A stretch of 43,067 nt of DNA, taken from positions 1-43,067 of IMG/VR virus record IMGVR_UViG_2657244961_000008. One strand, given 5' to 3'. The notes under the pieces are model-generated. The model ran no database searches. It saw only the letters and a list, made by a program, of their open reading frames with translations, and was not told the DNA's origin. Position numbers and translations under genes: made by a program. The DNA comes from a virus (lineage: Duplodnaviria; Heunggongvirae; Uroviricota; Caudoviricetes). Shown piece after piece: positions 28,595-37,338 of this stretch. Numbering within the stretch: position 1 is the first letter of the stretch; every line of letters begins with the position of its first letter.

Positions 28595-28631
28595 CTGTAA
28601 AAATCCTTCTAACGTCAGGCATAAAACGCCC

Positions 28632-28671
28632 ATCGTTAGTGCGAATTTACCACGGATTCGGGAAAAATCAA
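28632..28671 (-). promoter_or_regulatory. late promoter pR' with qut-like pause element
   Basis: Minus-strand TTGATT (-35, 28671..28666), 16-nt spacer, TAAATT (-10, 28649..28644), then CGCACTAACGATGGG. This closely parallels the lambda pR' sequence TAAATTTGACTCAACGATGGG as recalled. Confidence 0.6.
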
Positions 28672-28676
28672 CAACA

Positions 28677-29498
28677 CTATCGCGTTACCCTCTTTAACTG
28701 CCGCTCCGCCCATGCCTCCTCAATGTCAAACCGAACCACCAGCGTATCGTAAAAACGCTTCACTGATTTTTTCCACGTATCAAGAGTAATAGCGCTCGTC
28801 ACTTTGCATATGGCATTAAACGCCTCTGTTGACGGCAATCTTTCATAGCCACGACCACCACAACGCTGGCAGTCTCTGATAACAGGCATACCACGTTTTA
28901 CCGACTCCTCACGATGAATGGCGACCCCACGCCCACGGCAATCCTTACAGGCGGTGGAGACCTCCCCCTTCCCTTTACATTCAGGACAGGAGACTTTCAC
29001 CACCTCCCGGACTCTTTTCCATTCTTCCCAGTAAGACGGATACACACCTTTCGTACACTTTGCCCATACCGGCGGCTTACCATCCGGATACTGGACCTTG
29101 TTTGTAAAAACTACGCTTTCAATAAATTTTTCCCCATAGCAACAAGGGCACTGCTTTTTACTCGCTGCGCTGCGGGCATAATCCTCAAAAGCATACGAAG
29201 CCATAATGCGCATCACTAACGGTTTTATTTCTGCCGGAAGTTTTCTCAACGCCGCCACACGATCGCACCGACTGAGTGCATAATCTGCCAGTAATTCTGT
29301 TGCCCGCGCCCTGTCATTCATACTGATGCCCATTTTCCCCAGGAACGCAGAAAACCCCATCTCAGCCCGATTCTGTGTCATGCCCTGCGCGGCCATCACA
29401 TCAGTGATACTCAGCGCATCTTTTGACGTTGAGGCCGATGCATCGGTCAGGCCAGGGGATTTTGGGGAGTAGTATTTCGGTAAATCTTCCAGTTTCAT
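28677..29498 (-). CDS. Q: late-gene antitermination protein Q
   Basis: 273 aa with several CxxC zinc-binding motifs. Follows RusA and is followed by the pR'/tR' unit. Confidence 0.8.
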   Translation of the reverse strand: MKLEDLPKYYSPKSPGLTDASASTSKDALSITDVMAAQGMTQNRAEMGFSAFLGKMGISMNDRARATELLADYALSRCDRVAALRKLPAEIKPLVMRIMASYAFEDYARSAASKKQCPCCYGEKFIESVVFTNKVQYPDGKPPVWAKCTKGVYPSYWEEWKRVREVVKVSCPECKGKGEVSTACKDCRGRGVAIHREESVKRGMPVIRDCQRCGGRGYERLPSTEAFNAICKVTSAITLDTWKKSVKRFYDTLVVRFDIEEAWAERQLKRVTR

Positions 29499-29869
29499 TT
29501 TTTGACCTGCTCTTCATGCATTATGGGGTAAATCTTCACCCCCAGACGTCCACCAGATACTGGCTGACCACGAACGATATTGATTTCATCAAACTGCTCA
29601 TCGTCCATTAACACTCCCGCATGCGTCAGCGCATCCAGCGGTGCTTTCAGGATATTGTCCAGGTCGCGACGACGCTTATCCGGTGGCTCTGCAATCACCT
29701 TTATCGCCAGCCTTCCGGACAGGCTTAATTTCAGCCGCTGCTGGCGAACAATAAGCGCCACAGCCCGGCGATAACGCTTTCCCTCCTCCGAGATAAAATA
29801 TGTGCTGCCACGGCGTCGCCAGTAAGTGTTCACCGTCGGCGGGTAAGGTAAAACCAAATCTATGAGCAT
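29495..29869 (-). CDS. rusA: Holliday junction resolvase RusA
   Basis: 124 aa, basic, in the typical nin-region position just upstream of Q (ATGA overlap with Q). Confidence 0.8.
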   Translation of the reverse strand: MLIDLVLPYPPTVNTYWRRRGSTYFISEEGKRYRRAVALIVRQQRLKLSLSGRLAIKVIAEPPDKRRRDLDNILKAPLDALTHAGVLMDDEQFDEINIVRGQPVSGGRLGVKIYPIMHEEQVKK

Positions 29870-29881
29870 CAGTCACCTCTT

Positions 29882-30928
29882 TTACCCAAGCACGCCAGTT
29901 GCAAAGGCGTGATCAAGAAAACGAAAAATTAAATCAACCTGGGAACCATGCTTTTCTTCGAACGCCAGCGGATCCACATGAAGTTCGTTGTGATGTTCCC
30001 GGCACAGCGGTAGCGTGAAAATATCGTGGGATTTCGTCCCCATTCCGCCCTGACCATGACCAATCAGGTGATGGGGATCGTCGGCTGGCTTACCACAACA
30101 CGCACACGGCTGTGTCTTTACCCAGCGCGTGTATTTCTCGTTAACCCAGCGGCGACGTTTAGGTCGTTTCATGAAAGATTCCGGAGACTCCGGATCAACG
30201 GCAATGCTGACCACCGTCTTTTCCTGTGGCGGGTTTTGCTGGTGGGCGTGAGGCAGCGGCGCAAGATTTTTTGTGCGCTGCTTCAGTATGCTGGTGGCGG
30301 TCTGCTCTCCCGGTACGATGTCGCTTTCACGGTACATTGAACGGATTTTTTCCGCACGCAACCCCAGCGAACGACGTAATACCGCTTCCGGTAGCGCGTC
30401 CGCCACCTGATTGCGGACTGCCCACCAGGATAATTCAGCCAGAGATAATTCACGCTCCTGCGTACCGCTTACTGCGTGACCGATGACGTCAATCATCCAT
30501 GCTGCCAGGTTTTGTTGAGCCAGATGTTCCAGTGATTCGGAGGTCTGGTCACGCAGCTGGTTGTCGCAGTGCCAGCACAACACCATCGCGCCGGTACCGT
30601 AACGATGTATGACGGTTTCACTGTGATGGTAGTCACCATGAGGCCACTGGCAGGATTTGACATGACGCAGTAGCCAGTCAGACAGTGCACCAGCGCCGCC
30701 GGCAGCACGAATCACCCGCTCATCGCTGAAAAATGGCAGCAGAGATTTGTCTTCCGCCAGCGGCTGGCGAACGGCAGGAACGACCCCGGACGGCAGACCG
30801 CGCATGCTTTTTGGTTCCGGCTCGACCAGTACACGCCCCTGCATAAACAAAGGCATCGCATCAGGACCGGGCCTGAAAAGTACAATCCCCAGACGGTGAG
30901 CAATTTCAGGAGTCACTAATACCCTCAC
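29882..30928 (-). CDS. DUF968-type protein with C-terminal HNH-like zinc-finger motif (YdfU-like)
   Basis: 348 aa. C-terminus CACCGKPADDPHHLIGHG...CREHHNELH. Size and position match Qin YdfU. Confidence 0.7.
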   Translation of the reverse strand: MRVLVTPEIAHRLGIVLFRPGPDAMPLFMQGRVLVEPEPKSMRGLPSGVVPAVRQPLAEDKSLLPFFSDERVIRAAGGAGALSDWLLRHVKSCQWPHGDYHHSETVIHRYGTGAMVLCWHCDNQLRDQTSESLEHLAQQNLAAWMIDVIGHAVSGTQERELSLAELSWWAVRNQVADALPEAVLRRSLGLRAEKIRSMYRESDIVPGEQTATSILKQRTKNLAPLPHAHQQNPPQEKTVVSIAVDPESPESFMKRPKRRRWVNEKYTRWVKTQPCACCGKPADDPHHLIGHGQGGMGTKSHDIFTLPLCREHHNELHVDPLAFEEKHGSQVDLIFRFLDHAFATGVLG

Positions 30929-30929
30929 A

Positions 30930-31202
30930 TTACCTCCAGATGCGTTGCTGGAATGTGCGGGACGGACGCGGCGGGCGTTCGGAATAAGGGAGCCTGACGT
31001 AGATTATCCAGTGACGGTAGTCGAGGCTAAGGGCTTTCTTAAACTCATACCCACGTCTGCGGTAGTTATGAATCAGCCATTCGGCCTGTTCTTCAGTGCA
31101 GGGATCGTGCTGATACCAGTCATATTTGAATGCGTGAGAACACAGCCCGCACCTGCTGGCAAGGTCGGTATCAGAATTGTGATATTTGGTATTGTGCGCC
31201 AT
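30930..31202 (-). CDS. hypothetical protein
   Basis: 90 aa from the ATG at 31202. The longer track ORF (to 31331) would include the hok terminator hairpin. Confidence 0.4.
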   Translation of the reverse strand: MAHNTKYHNSDTDLASRCGLCSHAFKYDWYQHDPCTEEQAEWLIHNYRRRGYEFKKALSLDYRHWIIYVRLPYSERPPRPSRTFQQRIWR

Positions 31203-31274
31203 CGGTTGTCTCTGCTGGCGCAGCAGGTGCCAGTTGTTCAGGCTGGCGTGCGAATTGTAAACCAGAATGCCAGG

Positions 31275-31300
31275 AAAAAACAAAACCCGCCGAAGCGGGT
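31275..31300 (-). terminator. intrinsic terminator downstream of hok
   Basis: Stem ACCCGC-CGAA-GCGGGT (31285..31300) followed on the minus strand by TTTTGTTTTTT. Confidence 0.5.
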
Positions 31301-31369
31301 TACGTGCGGGTGCGTTGAGGATGCCTGACACATCAGAGGTGGCGAGGGATTTCTCCCCCGCCTGGTCTC

Positions 31370-31525
31370 TTACTCCTCAGGTTCGTAAGCTGTGAAGACA
31401 GCGACCTCCGTCTGGCCGGTTCGGATTCGTACCTCGCAGAGGTCTTTCCTCGTTACCAGTGCCGTCACTATGACGGTTAAACAGATGACGATCAGGGCGA
31501 TTAACATCGCCTTTTGCTGCTTCAT
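31370..31525 (-). CDS. hokD: Hok-family type I toxin (HokD/RelF-like)
   Basis: Hand translation gives MKQQKAMLIALIVICLTVIVTALVTRKDLCEVRIRTGQTEVAVFTAYEPEE (51 aa), matching E. coli HokD as recalled. Absent from the ORF track because it is under 60 aa. Confidence 0.85.
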   Translation of the reverse strand: MKQQKAMLIALIVICLTVIVTALVTRKDLCEVRIRTGQTEVAVFTAYEPEE

Positions 31526-31815
31526 AGCCTGCTTCTCCTTGACCTTTCGGTCCGTAAGAGGCTAATCTCTATGTGTCGCATAGATATGGCCTCAGATTAA
31601 TGTTAAGCGTCTTGCAGGACGCGTAATGTTAACTGGGGCTTTTCTCTATCTGCCTTTTGGTGTTCATGCCTGAGACAGATAGCCTCAAGCACCCGCTGCA
31701 ATTCTACTTAACTCTCCTTTTCCCGCAAACCGTTTTTATCCCCAGCGGCAAATCGAATACACCACCAGCGCCGCCGCCATTGCAATTCCTGCCGTTGTAA
31801 ATGCCTCAGGCCAGG

Positions 31816-32331
31816 TCATCGTAAAACATCCTCCACGCTTATCAGTCCATTTCGTTTCAGGTAATGCATCGCCATCTCCGGTAATTTGCAGTCTGGATTA
31901 GCTTTTTTCAGTTGACTGACCAGTCGTTTAACCCACATTGTTAATTCGCCAACCTGATTACTGGATGCTAGTGGATTGTCGGCTTTACCCAGAATGACAG
32001 CACAGCAGGCCTCTTTGAGCACCCAGTCAACAGCGTCTTTCCATGCTCCTGTTTCGGCTGGCGGATTTTCACGCTTTACCTGTTCATAAAAGCGCACGGC
32101 TTTAACCAGTCCTTCTGATATCACCGGGACTGGCGGGGTAGTGAATAATGCCTGAATCTCATAGCTCGGCCTGTCGTTGCAATCCTCTTTTGTCGGTACA
32201 TATTTCCAGTCACCAACCCACATCTTCTCCTGAAAGTCCGTAACGCCTTTTTTCACGTAGCGATATCGCCATGCAACTGGTTTTGCCTGCCCTGCCGTTT
32301 CATGCCCTTCCTGATAATTAATCTCGCTCAT
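31816..32331 (-). CDS. hypothetical phage protein
   Basis: 171 aa with an ATGA overlap to the upstream small ORF. Confidence 0.6.
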   Translation of the reverse strand: MSEINYQEGHETAGQAKPVAWRYRYVKKGVTDFQEKMWVGDWKYVPTKEDCNDRPSYEIQALFTTPPVPVISEGLVKAVRFYEQVKRENPPAETGAWKDAVDWVLKEACCAVILGKADNPLASSNQVGELTMWVKRLVSQLKKANPDCKLPEMAMHYLKRNGLISVEDVLR

Positions 32332-32504
32332 TCATAGCCCCACTCATCACAATATGCTTCGACCGGAGTTTTTCCTGCTTCATAGTCATCACGCCATGCT
32401 TCAGCATCGGCGGCACTTCCACCGCGTAACTCTGCATAGTCCATTAACAGTTCATGCCATTCTTCAAAACTGGCGTTATATTTAGTTGAACCAAAATCAG
32501 CCAT
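32328..32504 (-). CDS. small acidic hypothetical protein
   Basis: 58 aa (MADFGSTKYNASFEEWHELL...), found by hand translation. Overlaps both neighbouring genes. Confidence 0.4.
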   Translation of the reverse strand: MADFGSTKYNASFEEWHELLMDYAELRGGSAADAEAWRDDYEAGKTPVEAYCDEWGYE

Positions 32505-32679
32505 TTTGTTCTTCCTCTTCGTCTTTTATTTCGTGATATGAGTAATTGCAGTAGTTAAAGAAAATTTCTTTTGCTTCGTCATGAATTTCATCAGGTGTTG
32601 CGTCATCGTCCACTTCGAATACATCCTCAAAATCTCCACCAGCTATTCCAGTTTCAATAATTACTTTGAACTTTCGCAT
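32497..32679 (-). CDS. small acidic hypothetical protein
   Basis: 60 aa with a very acidic C-terminus. Confidence 0.45.
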   Translation of the reverse strand: MRKFKVIIETGIAGGDFEDVFEVDDDATPDEIHDEAKEIFFNYCNYSYHEIKDEEEEQNG

Positions 32680-32774
32680 TTCACTACCGCCCTTTCGGGT
32701 GGCCTCCTGCTGTTCTGAGGGTGTAGAAATCCCTCCGGTTAAGGATTAAATTTTATTTACAGTGATAAATTTAT

Positions 32775-33374
32775 TTATTCTGGAGCGCGAAGCTGTTCTA
32801 CACAATGCAGCAGCGCATCCATCACTTCCTTAAGCGTTACAGTATCGGCATCATCCAGTTCTGCAACTTTTGCATGCCTGACAAACGCCGCGCGAAGCTC
32901 GTTAAACGCCACCGCCTGTATATCAACCAGGAAAGCGTCAGTAGCTGGCGTTTCAGGCTTGAATCCATTTGCATCGCGTGGGCTGATGTCATCGCTTGTA
33001 TAAATAAAGCAATCATCCTTAATGAATTTATTTAACCCCACATTCTCCACTGCCAGCGTCGCAAAATTAGCTTCCAGTTCTGCAATGCGTTTGCTTTGGG
33101 CTTCCCGTTCATCCAGCAGCGCCTGCACTACTTCAGGGTTGAAAGCTGCGATATAACGAGCGTTGTTCTCTGCGTTTTTCTGTCCGTCGAATCCAGGCCA
33201 GTCGACAATATCTCCGTGATGATTATCTCCTGGCGTGTGCACGGCGTACGTGCCGTATTTGCCCGGCGAAATAAATGCGACCCATTCGCCTTGTGTTGCC
33301 TGTTTTGCTATCTCACGTAGCGCCTGATAATTAATTTTTCTCACTGGTTGCCTCCTGGCAAAGCTGGGCGACAA
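32775..33374 (-). CDS. hypothetical protein, possibly Ead/Ea22-like
   Basis: 199 aa with a coiled-coil centre. The family assignment is from memory of the motif only. Confidence 0.5.
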   Translation of the reverse strand: MSPSFARRQPVRKINYQALREIAKQATQGEWVAFISPGKYGTYAVHTPGDNHHGDIVDWPGFDGQKNAENNARYIAAFNPEVVQALLDEREAQSKRIAELEANFATLAVENVGLNKFIKDDCFIYTSDDISPRDANGFKPETPATDAFLVDIQAVAFNELRAAFVRHAKVAELDDADTVTLKEVMDALLHCVEQLRAPE

Positions 33375-34056
33375 TATCGCGATATTTATTCAGCTCCCGC
33401 AGCGCGGCACAGACTCGCTCCCATTTCCTGATATCACTTTTCGCCCTGCGCAGCGCCAGGTTTGCCCTGCGAAGGGACGGAAAAATCAGCTCATCTGCTT
33501 GCGTTTCGGTAAACGATGGCAACGGCTGCACAATGTCCGCCACAGTTTCTGTTTTAATATCTTCCTGTGTTGCAGCTTCCTGTACTGGTAACGCAACACA
33601 TGCAGGCTGAGGAAAGGCTTTACCATCAGTTTCCGCTACCGATGCCGCTTTCGGCTCTGCTGGTAAATTCTCGCCCGGCATGCAGTAACGAAATTTACCG
33701 TTCTGATTAACACGAATCAGACGACCTTTGCTGATTGCCATTGCCAGCGTTGAAGCCACTTTGCGGGATGTTGTACCGAACAGCGTAGCCAGTTCATCCG
33801 CCGTTTGTGGTCCGCGTTGTTCAATCGTCGCGGTTAAATCGCACTCTGAGATTTTCGCTACTGTCGCCGTGGTGGTTTCTTCCGGCTGTTCTTCTGGCGC
33901 TGGCTGTTCCTGCTGAACGTTGTTATCAGCCACACGCCAGGTGTACGCGCTTTTATCAACAAAACCAGCCTTTTTCAGTTCCCACAGCTCGTTCAGTACT
34001 TCTTCACGACTGATATCAAGTCGCGCAGCCAGCTCTACCGACGTGGCTTTTCCCAT
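33331..34056 (-). CDS. hypothetical phage protein with N-terminal winged-helix-like region
   Basis: 241 aa immediately downstream of the DnaC-like gene. Confidence 0.6.
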   Translation of the reverse strand: MGKATSVELAARLDISREEVLNELWELKKAGFVDKSAYTWRVADNNVQQEQPAPEEQPEETTTATVAKISECDLTATIEQRGPQTADELATLFGTTSRKVASTLAMAISKGRLIRVNQNGKFRYCMPGENLPAEPKAASVAETDGKAFPQPACVALPVQEAATQEDIKTETVADIVQPLPSFTETQADELIFPSLRRANLALRRAKSDIRKWERVCAALRELNKYRDIVAQLCQEATSEKN

Positions 34057-34107
34057 CGCTTTCAGTGCGTCAAAAAACAGTCTCCATAAATTTCCTCCCG
34101 GTAAAAA

Positions 34108-34854
34108 TTACTTTTCAATACCTGGCTGACCAACATTCGGGCGCCAGCTCTCCCAGTTAAAATTCACCCAGCGACCACCGTTCATGGTCATGCGGTCCAT
34201 CACGCGTTCGCCAAGCAGCGTATTCATCGCTGCGTGGTTCAGGTTTGTCAGCATCCCGACGCTGTGCATCGAGGCCGTTCTGCGATCGACTATCTGGTTC
34301 AGTGTGACCTGTTCGTTACGCGTATCCCGCTGCATACCGATTTCATCCAGGATAAGCAGGTCAACTTCACACAACCCCTGCAAAAATTTTTCGCCTGAGT
34401 TTTTGTTGTCGTAGTTGCCGTGTAACGCCAGCATCACATCCGCCACCGTCACCACAATCACGCTGCGACCTTTCGCCAGAAGATGGTTGCCAATGGCTGC
34501 TGCCAGATGATTCTTTCCGGTACCCGGCTTACCGCTGAACACAAAATTCGTGCACCCGGTTATCAGTTCGCCTGCAATGGACTTCGCCTGGCTGAGTGCA
34601 TGACGCTGTCCGTCGTTCTGCACCTGGTAATTCGCAAACGAACATTTCTGGTGCAACGGCTGGATACCGGAACGATTCAGGAATTTTTCCACCCGTAACT
34701 GGCGATTCTGGCGGTTGATCTCCTCGCTACGTTTTCGCCCTTCTGCAAGCTGCCACTCCCGCCACTCGTCCACTGTCCGGTACGCCGCAGTTACATGCTG
34801 CGGGGCCAGCTTACGGATACGCTCAAGAACACCATCTGCCGCAATATTTTTCAT
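34108..34854 (-). CDS. DnaC-like replication helicase loader (IstB-like AAA+ ATPase)
   Basis: 248 aa with Walker A GKPGTGKN and Walker B LLILDEIG. Confidence 0.85.
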   Translation of the reverse strand: MKNIAADGVLERIRKLAPQHVTAAYRTVDEWREWQLAEGRKRSEEINRQNRQLRVEKFLNRSGIQPLHQKCSFANYQVQNDGQRHALSQAKSIAGELITGCTNFVFSGKPGTGKNHLAAAIGNHLLAKGRSVIVVTVADVMLALHGNYDNKNSGEKFLQGLCEVDLLILDEIGMQRDTRNEQVTLNQIVDRRTASMHSVGMLTNLNHAAMNTLLGERVMDRMTMNGGRWVNFNWESWRPNVGQPGIEK

Positions 34855-34860
34855 AGCCCG

Positions 34861-35826
34861 TTACCCCCTGAACCCCGGCGGAATTTCGGTGTCCGGTTCA
34901 GAAATGTGATTCACGCAACGCTGTACAGGCGAACGCCCCAGACGAATAACCAGCTCATCCCATTTTTCGCGAAGCTTTGACGGGCTCATGACGTTTTTTA
35001 CCCAGAATGGATCCCGCTGTACCCGACCAAACATTTCGCAAATTTGTCTGTGAGTTCTGCCATCCAGCATCCGCATTGTGCGCACATCATTGGCCCATGC
35101 AGTCCAGTTTGGTTCTTTCGGTCGCATGATTTCGCCATCATCGCTGGCAGCCTGCTCGTAAAGACTCACGATTCGTCCCCAGATCCACTGCGCACACGCT
35201 AAATCTTCCTGGCTGCCCCACTGGCGTTTTTTCGCACTGAACACAACCGCGTCAGGGTGTCGGTTTAAAAAATCCTGTTCAGCCGTCTGCATGTCCGGTT
35301 GCGAAGCTTCCGGACGAGAAGTTTTTTTATTCTCTGTAGTAATCTCTGTTGTATTCTCTGTAAGATCATCAGGCCATTTTGACCCGATGACATTGGGTCG
35401 TTTTGAACCAATGGAGCGTGCCATTTTGACCTCTTCCATCGTGTCATTTTGACCTGATGGAGCGGCGCATTTTGACCTGATGGATTCGTTCACTTTGCCA
35501 CCATCTAAAAGCTCGCTCTCGTAATTAATCGTGTAAAAATTAGTCATATCACGCTTTGATTTGTTGAGCTTTTCGCAACGCAAAAGCCCCAGCGTTTTCA
35601 GACTTGCAAATGCGCGTTTTAACGTTGACTCTGACCAGAACGGGAACTGTTCCAGCCATTGTTCTGTTGTGTTATAAATCCAGCGAACACCATCACATTC
35701 CATGCCGGAACTGGTATCTCTCAACCAGTAATGCAGCTGCTGCAACACGATGGCTTCGTTCAGACCAATTTTCATCGCCAGCTGCGTGTTTATAACCAGC
35801 GGACGTTCAGCAAAAAGGAGCTTCAT
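34861..35826 (-). CDS. replication initiator (O-like/YdaU-like), containing the putative origin
   Basis: 321 aa directly upstream of the DnaC-like gene. Contains an internal iteron array. Confidence 0.7.
   Translation of the reverse strand: MKLLFAERPLVINTQLAMKIGLNEAIVLQQLHYWLRDTSSGMECDGVRWIYNTTEQWLEQFPFWSESTLKRAFASLKTLGLLRCEKLNKSKRDMTNFYTINYESELLDGGKVNESIRSKCAAPSGQNDTMEEVKMARSIGSKRPNVIGSKWPDDLTENTTEITTENKKTSRPEASQPDMQTAEQDFLNRHPDAVVFSAKKRQWGSQEDLACAQWIWGRIVSLYEQAASDDGEIMRPKEPNWTAWANDVRTMRMLDGRTHRQICEMFGRVQRDPFWVKNVMSPSKLREKWDELVIRLGRSPVQRCVNHISEPDTEIPPGFRG
35375..35500. repeat. iteron array, putative replication origin
   Basis: Five to six direct repeats of CATTTTGACC (with variants CGTTTTGAAC and CACTTTGCCA) at a 23-bp period, starting at 35375, 35399, 35422, 35445, 35468 and 35491. 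Confidence 0.6.
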
Positions 35827-35847
35827 CCCCTCCCCCAGAACACGTTA

Positions 35848-36273
35848 TCAATGCACCACCACGGCATTTCCCGCCGGACCACCACGATTCATCTGATTGA
35901 AACCAGCGATCGCCACTGCGACAAAATCATCAGCGTCTCTCACCAGTCGTTCCCGCATCTCCACCAGCTCCCGAAAATAGGCTGAACTGTGGCTGCGCAT
36001 TCGGGCCACCAGCAAAGGTGGCATTGCCTTTTCGATCGCTGGTAACAACGCCTGAATTTTTTCAACTGCATCAGGGGTGTCTTTCTCTACCCAGCGGAAA
36101 ATTTTCTGGGTATTGCGAGCCAGGGCTTCCGGATGGCTGTCGTCATACAGTTCCGGGAACGTCATTCCCAGCTCGAAATACGCTTTGGTAATTTTCGCAG
36201 CCGGTACTTTTTCGCCGTCCGGATGCGCCCAGGCATTCATCGCCATGCGGATATGTTCATGTTTGATTTTCAT
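35848..36273 (-). CDS. YdaT-like protein (Rac ydaT family)
   Basis: 141 aa beginning MKIKHEHI, directly downstream of the cro-like gene as in Rac ydaS-ydaT. Confidence 0.55.
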   Translation of the reverse strand: MKIKHEHIRMAMNAWAHPDGEKVPAAKITKAYFELGMTFPELYDDSHPEALARNTQKIFRWVEKDTPDAVEKIQALLPAIEKAMPPLLVARMRSHSSAYFRELVEMRERLVRDADDFVAVAIAGFNQMNRGGPAGNAVVVH

Positions 36274-36497
36274 GAATCACTCTTCCTTTTGTCCCGGGTG
36301 GTATCCTTCTTTTTGTAAAGCTCTGGGTTCAAAGATAATTTTCCCTTGGAGTATGCAGCAGCTTCCGCAGCTCTCCCTTTCGGAACTATTTCACCGGGGC
36401 GCTTACGCCACATGTAAATAGCTTCGCGGGTTATCCCATAAAAATCAGCGACCCTCTGAACAGAGCCAAAAAACTGAACAAGTTCATCAACTCGCAT
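36270..36497 (-). CDS. Cro-like HTH regulator
   Basis: 75 aa with a basic C-terminus, divergent from the repressor gene. AGGAGAG RBS. Confidence 0.7.
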   Translation of the reverse strand: MRVDELVQFFGSVQRVADFYGITREAIYMWRKRPGEIVPKGRAAEAAAYSKGKLSLNPELYKKKDTTRDKRKSDS

Positions 36498-36593
36498 TTC
36501 ACTCTCCTAAAATCTAAGTATTTTTAGATTACAGGATAATTTTTTTTAGGTCAATGCAATCTAAAATAATTTATATTCAACTCGCGGGAGAAA
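36498..36593. promoter_or_regulatory. divergent promoter/operator region between cro-like and repressor genes
   Basis: Inverted repeat AATCTAA-N6-TTAGATT at 36511..36530, with a further AATCTAA at 36558..36564. AT-rich. Confidence 0.55.
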
Positions 36594-37241
36594 ATGATGG
36601 AAAGCCTTGGCATCAGGCTTAAGAAACTCAGAAAAGATAAGGGACTCACCCAAGTAGAACTGGGTAAGCTTTCAGGCGTGACTGGGGTTACTATAGGGTA
36701 CTGGGAGAAAGATCTAAACGAACCCGGCAGCAAAGCTCTAAGTAAGTTAGCCCAGGCATTAGGAACTACTGAGTCCTATCTCCTGTATGGAGTATCGTCT
36801 CCTGAACTATCTTTTGTGCAGAGCAATCCAGGCACCAAGATCCCCTACTTTCCGTGGGGTGACGCGATTTCTTTCCTAATCTTAGAAGGAGAGAAAACAA
36901 TGGGAAATGTCGATAGGATCACCACATTCTTTGATGTAGTGGAAGGTGATTTTGCCGTTTCAATGCCTGATGACACTATGCATAACCCCTCAGGGTCACC
37001 AAGTATCCCGGTTGGTGCCACTGTGATCCTAAGACCAGGAGAGAGTTATAAAAATGGCAGTATCGTCGCTGTAATAGTTCCAGATCCACTTACAAATGAA
37101 CCGTCTATGACTATAAAAAAATTAGTTATTGATGGAAAACTTGTGTATTTAAGCCCTCTCAATCCGCGCTATCAATCATCCTTGCTTACGCCAGAGTGTA
37201 AAATTGTTGCCGTAGCAAAAGGTGTGCAGTTCAACCTATAA
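36594..37241 (+). CDS. CI-like repressor (N-terminal HTH, C-terminal S24 LexA-like peptidase domain)
   Basis: 215 aa. HTH near LTQVELGKLSGVTGVTIGYWE and a C-terminal S24-like domain. Confidence 0.85.
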   Translation: MMESLGIRLKKLRKDKGLTQVELGKLSGVTGVTIGYWEKDLNEPGSKALSKLAQALGTTESYLLYGVSSPELSFVQSNPGTKIPYFPWGDAISFLILEGEKTMGNVDRITTFFDVVEGDFAVSMPDDTMHNPSGSPSIPVGATVILRPGESYKNGSIVAVIVPDPLTNEPSMTIKKLVIDGKLVYLSPLNPRYQSSLLTPECKIVAVAKGVQFNL

Positions 37242-37262
37242 CCCTGCCATGTCCTTGAACTT

Positions 37263-37290
37263 AAGGTCGGTTATGCCGACCTTTTTTTTT
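37263..37290 (+). terminator. intrinsic terminator after the repressor gene
   Basis: Hairpin GGTCGG-TTATG-CCGACC followed by T9. Confidence 0.65.
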
Positions 37291-37309
37291 AAATTAATTT
37301 AGATTCCCC

Positions 37310-37338
37310 TTGACTATAAAACTAAATACTTTTAGATT
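37310..37338 (+). promoter_or_regulatory. pL-like promoter candidate with TTAGATT operator half-sites
   Basis: TTGACT (37310..37315), 17-nt spacer, TAGATT (37333..37338). TTAGATT motifs recur nearby. Confidence 0.35.

Noticed and set aside
28251-28622. Full-length 123-aa version of the ORF downstream of tR'
   Set aside because: The N-terminal extension would be translated through the tR' hairpin and T-run. The internal ATG at 28448 with an RBS is preferred.
30930-31331. Full-length 133-aa version of the ORF downstream of hok
   Set aside because: The N-terminal part overlaps the hok terminator hairpin at 31275..31300. The shorter form from the ATG at 31202 was kept at low confidence.
36594-37241. 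Naming the repressor dicA
   Set aside because: The protein has a C-terminal S24 peptidase domain and is 215 aa, whereas K-12 DicA is shorter and lacks that domain. Only the generic CI-like call is supported.
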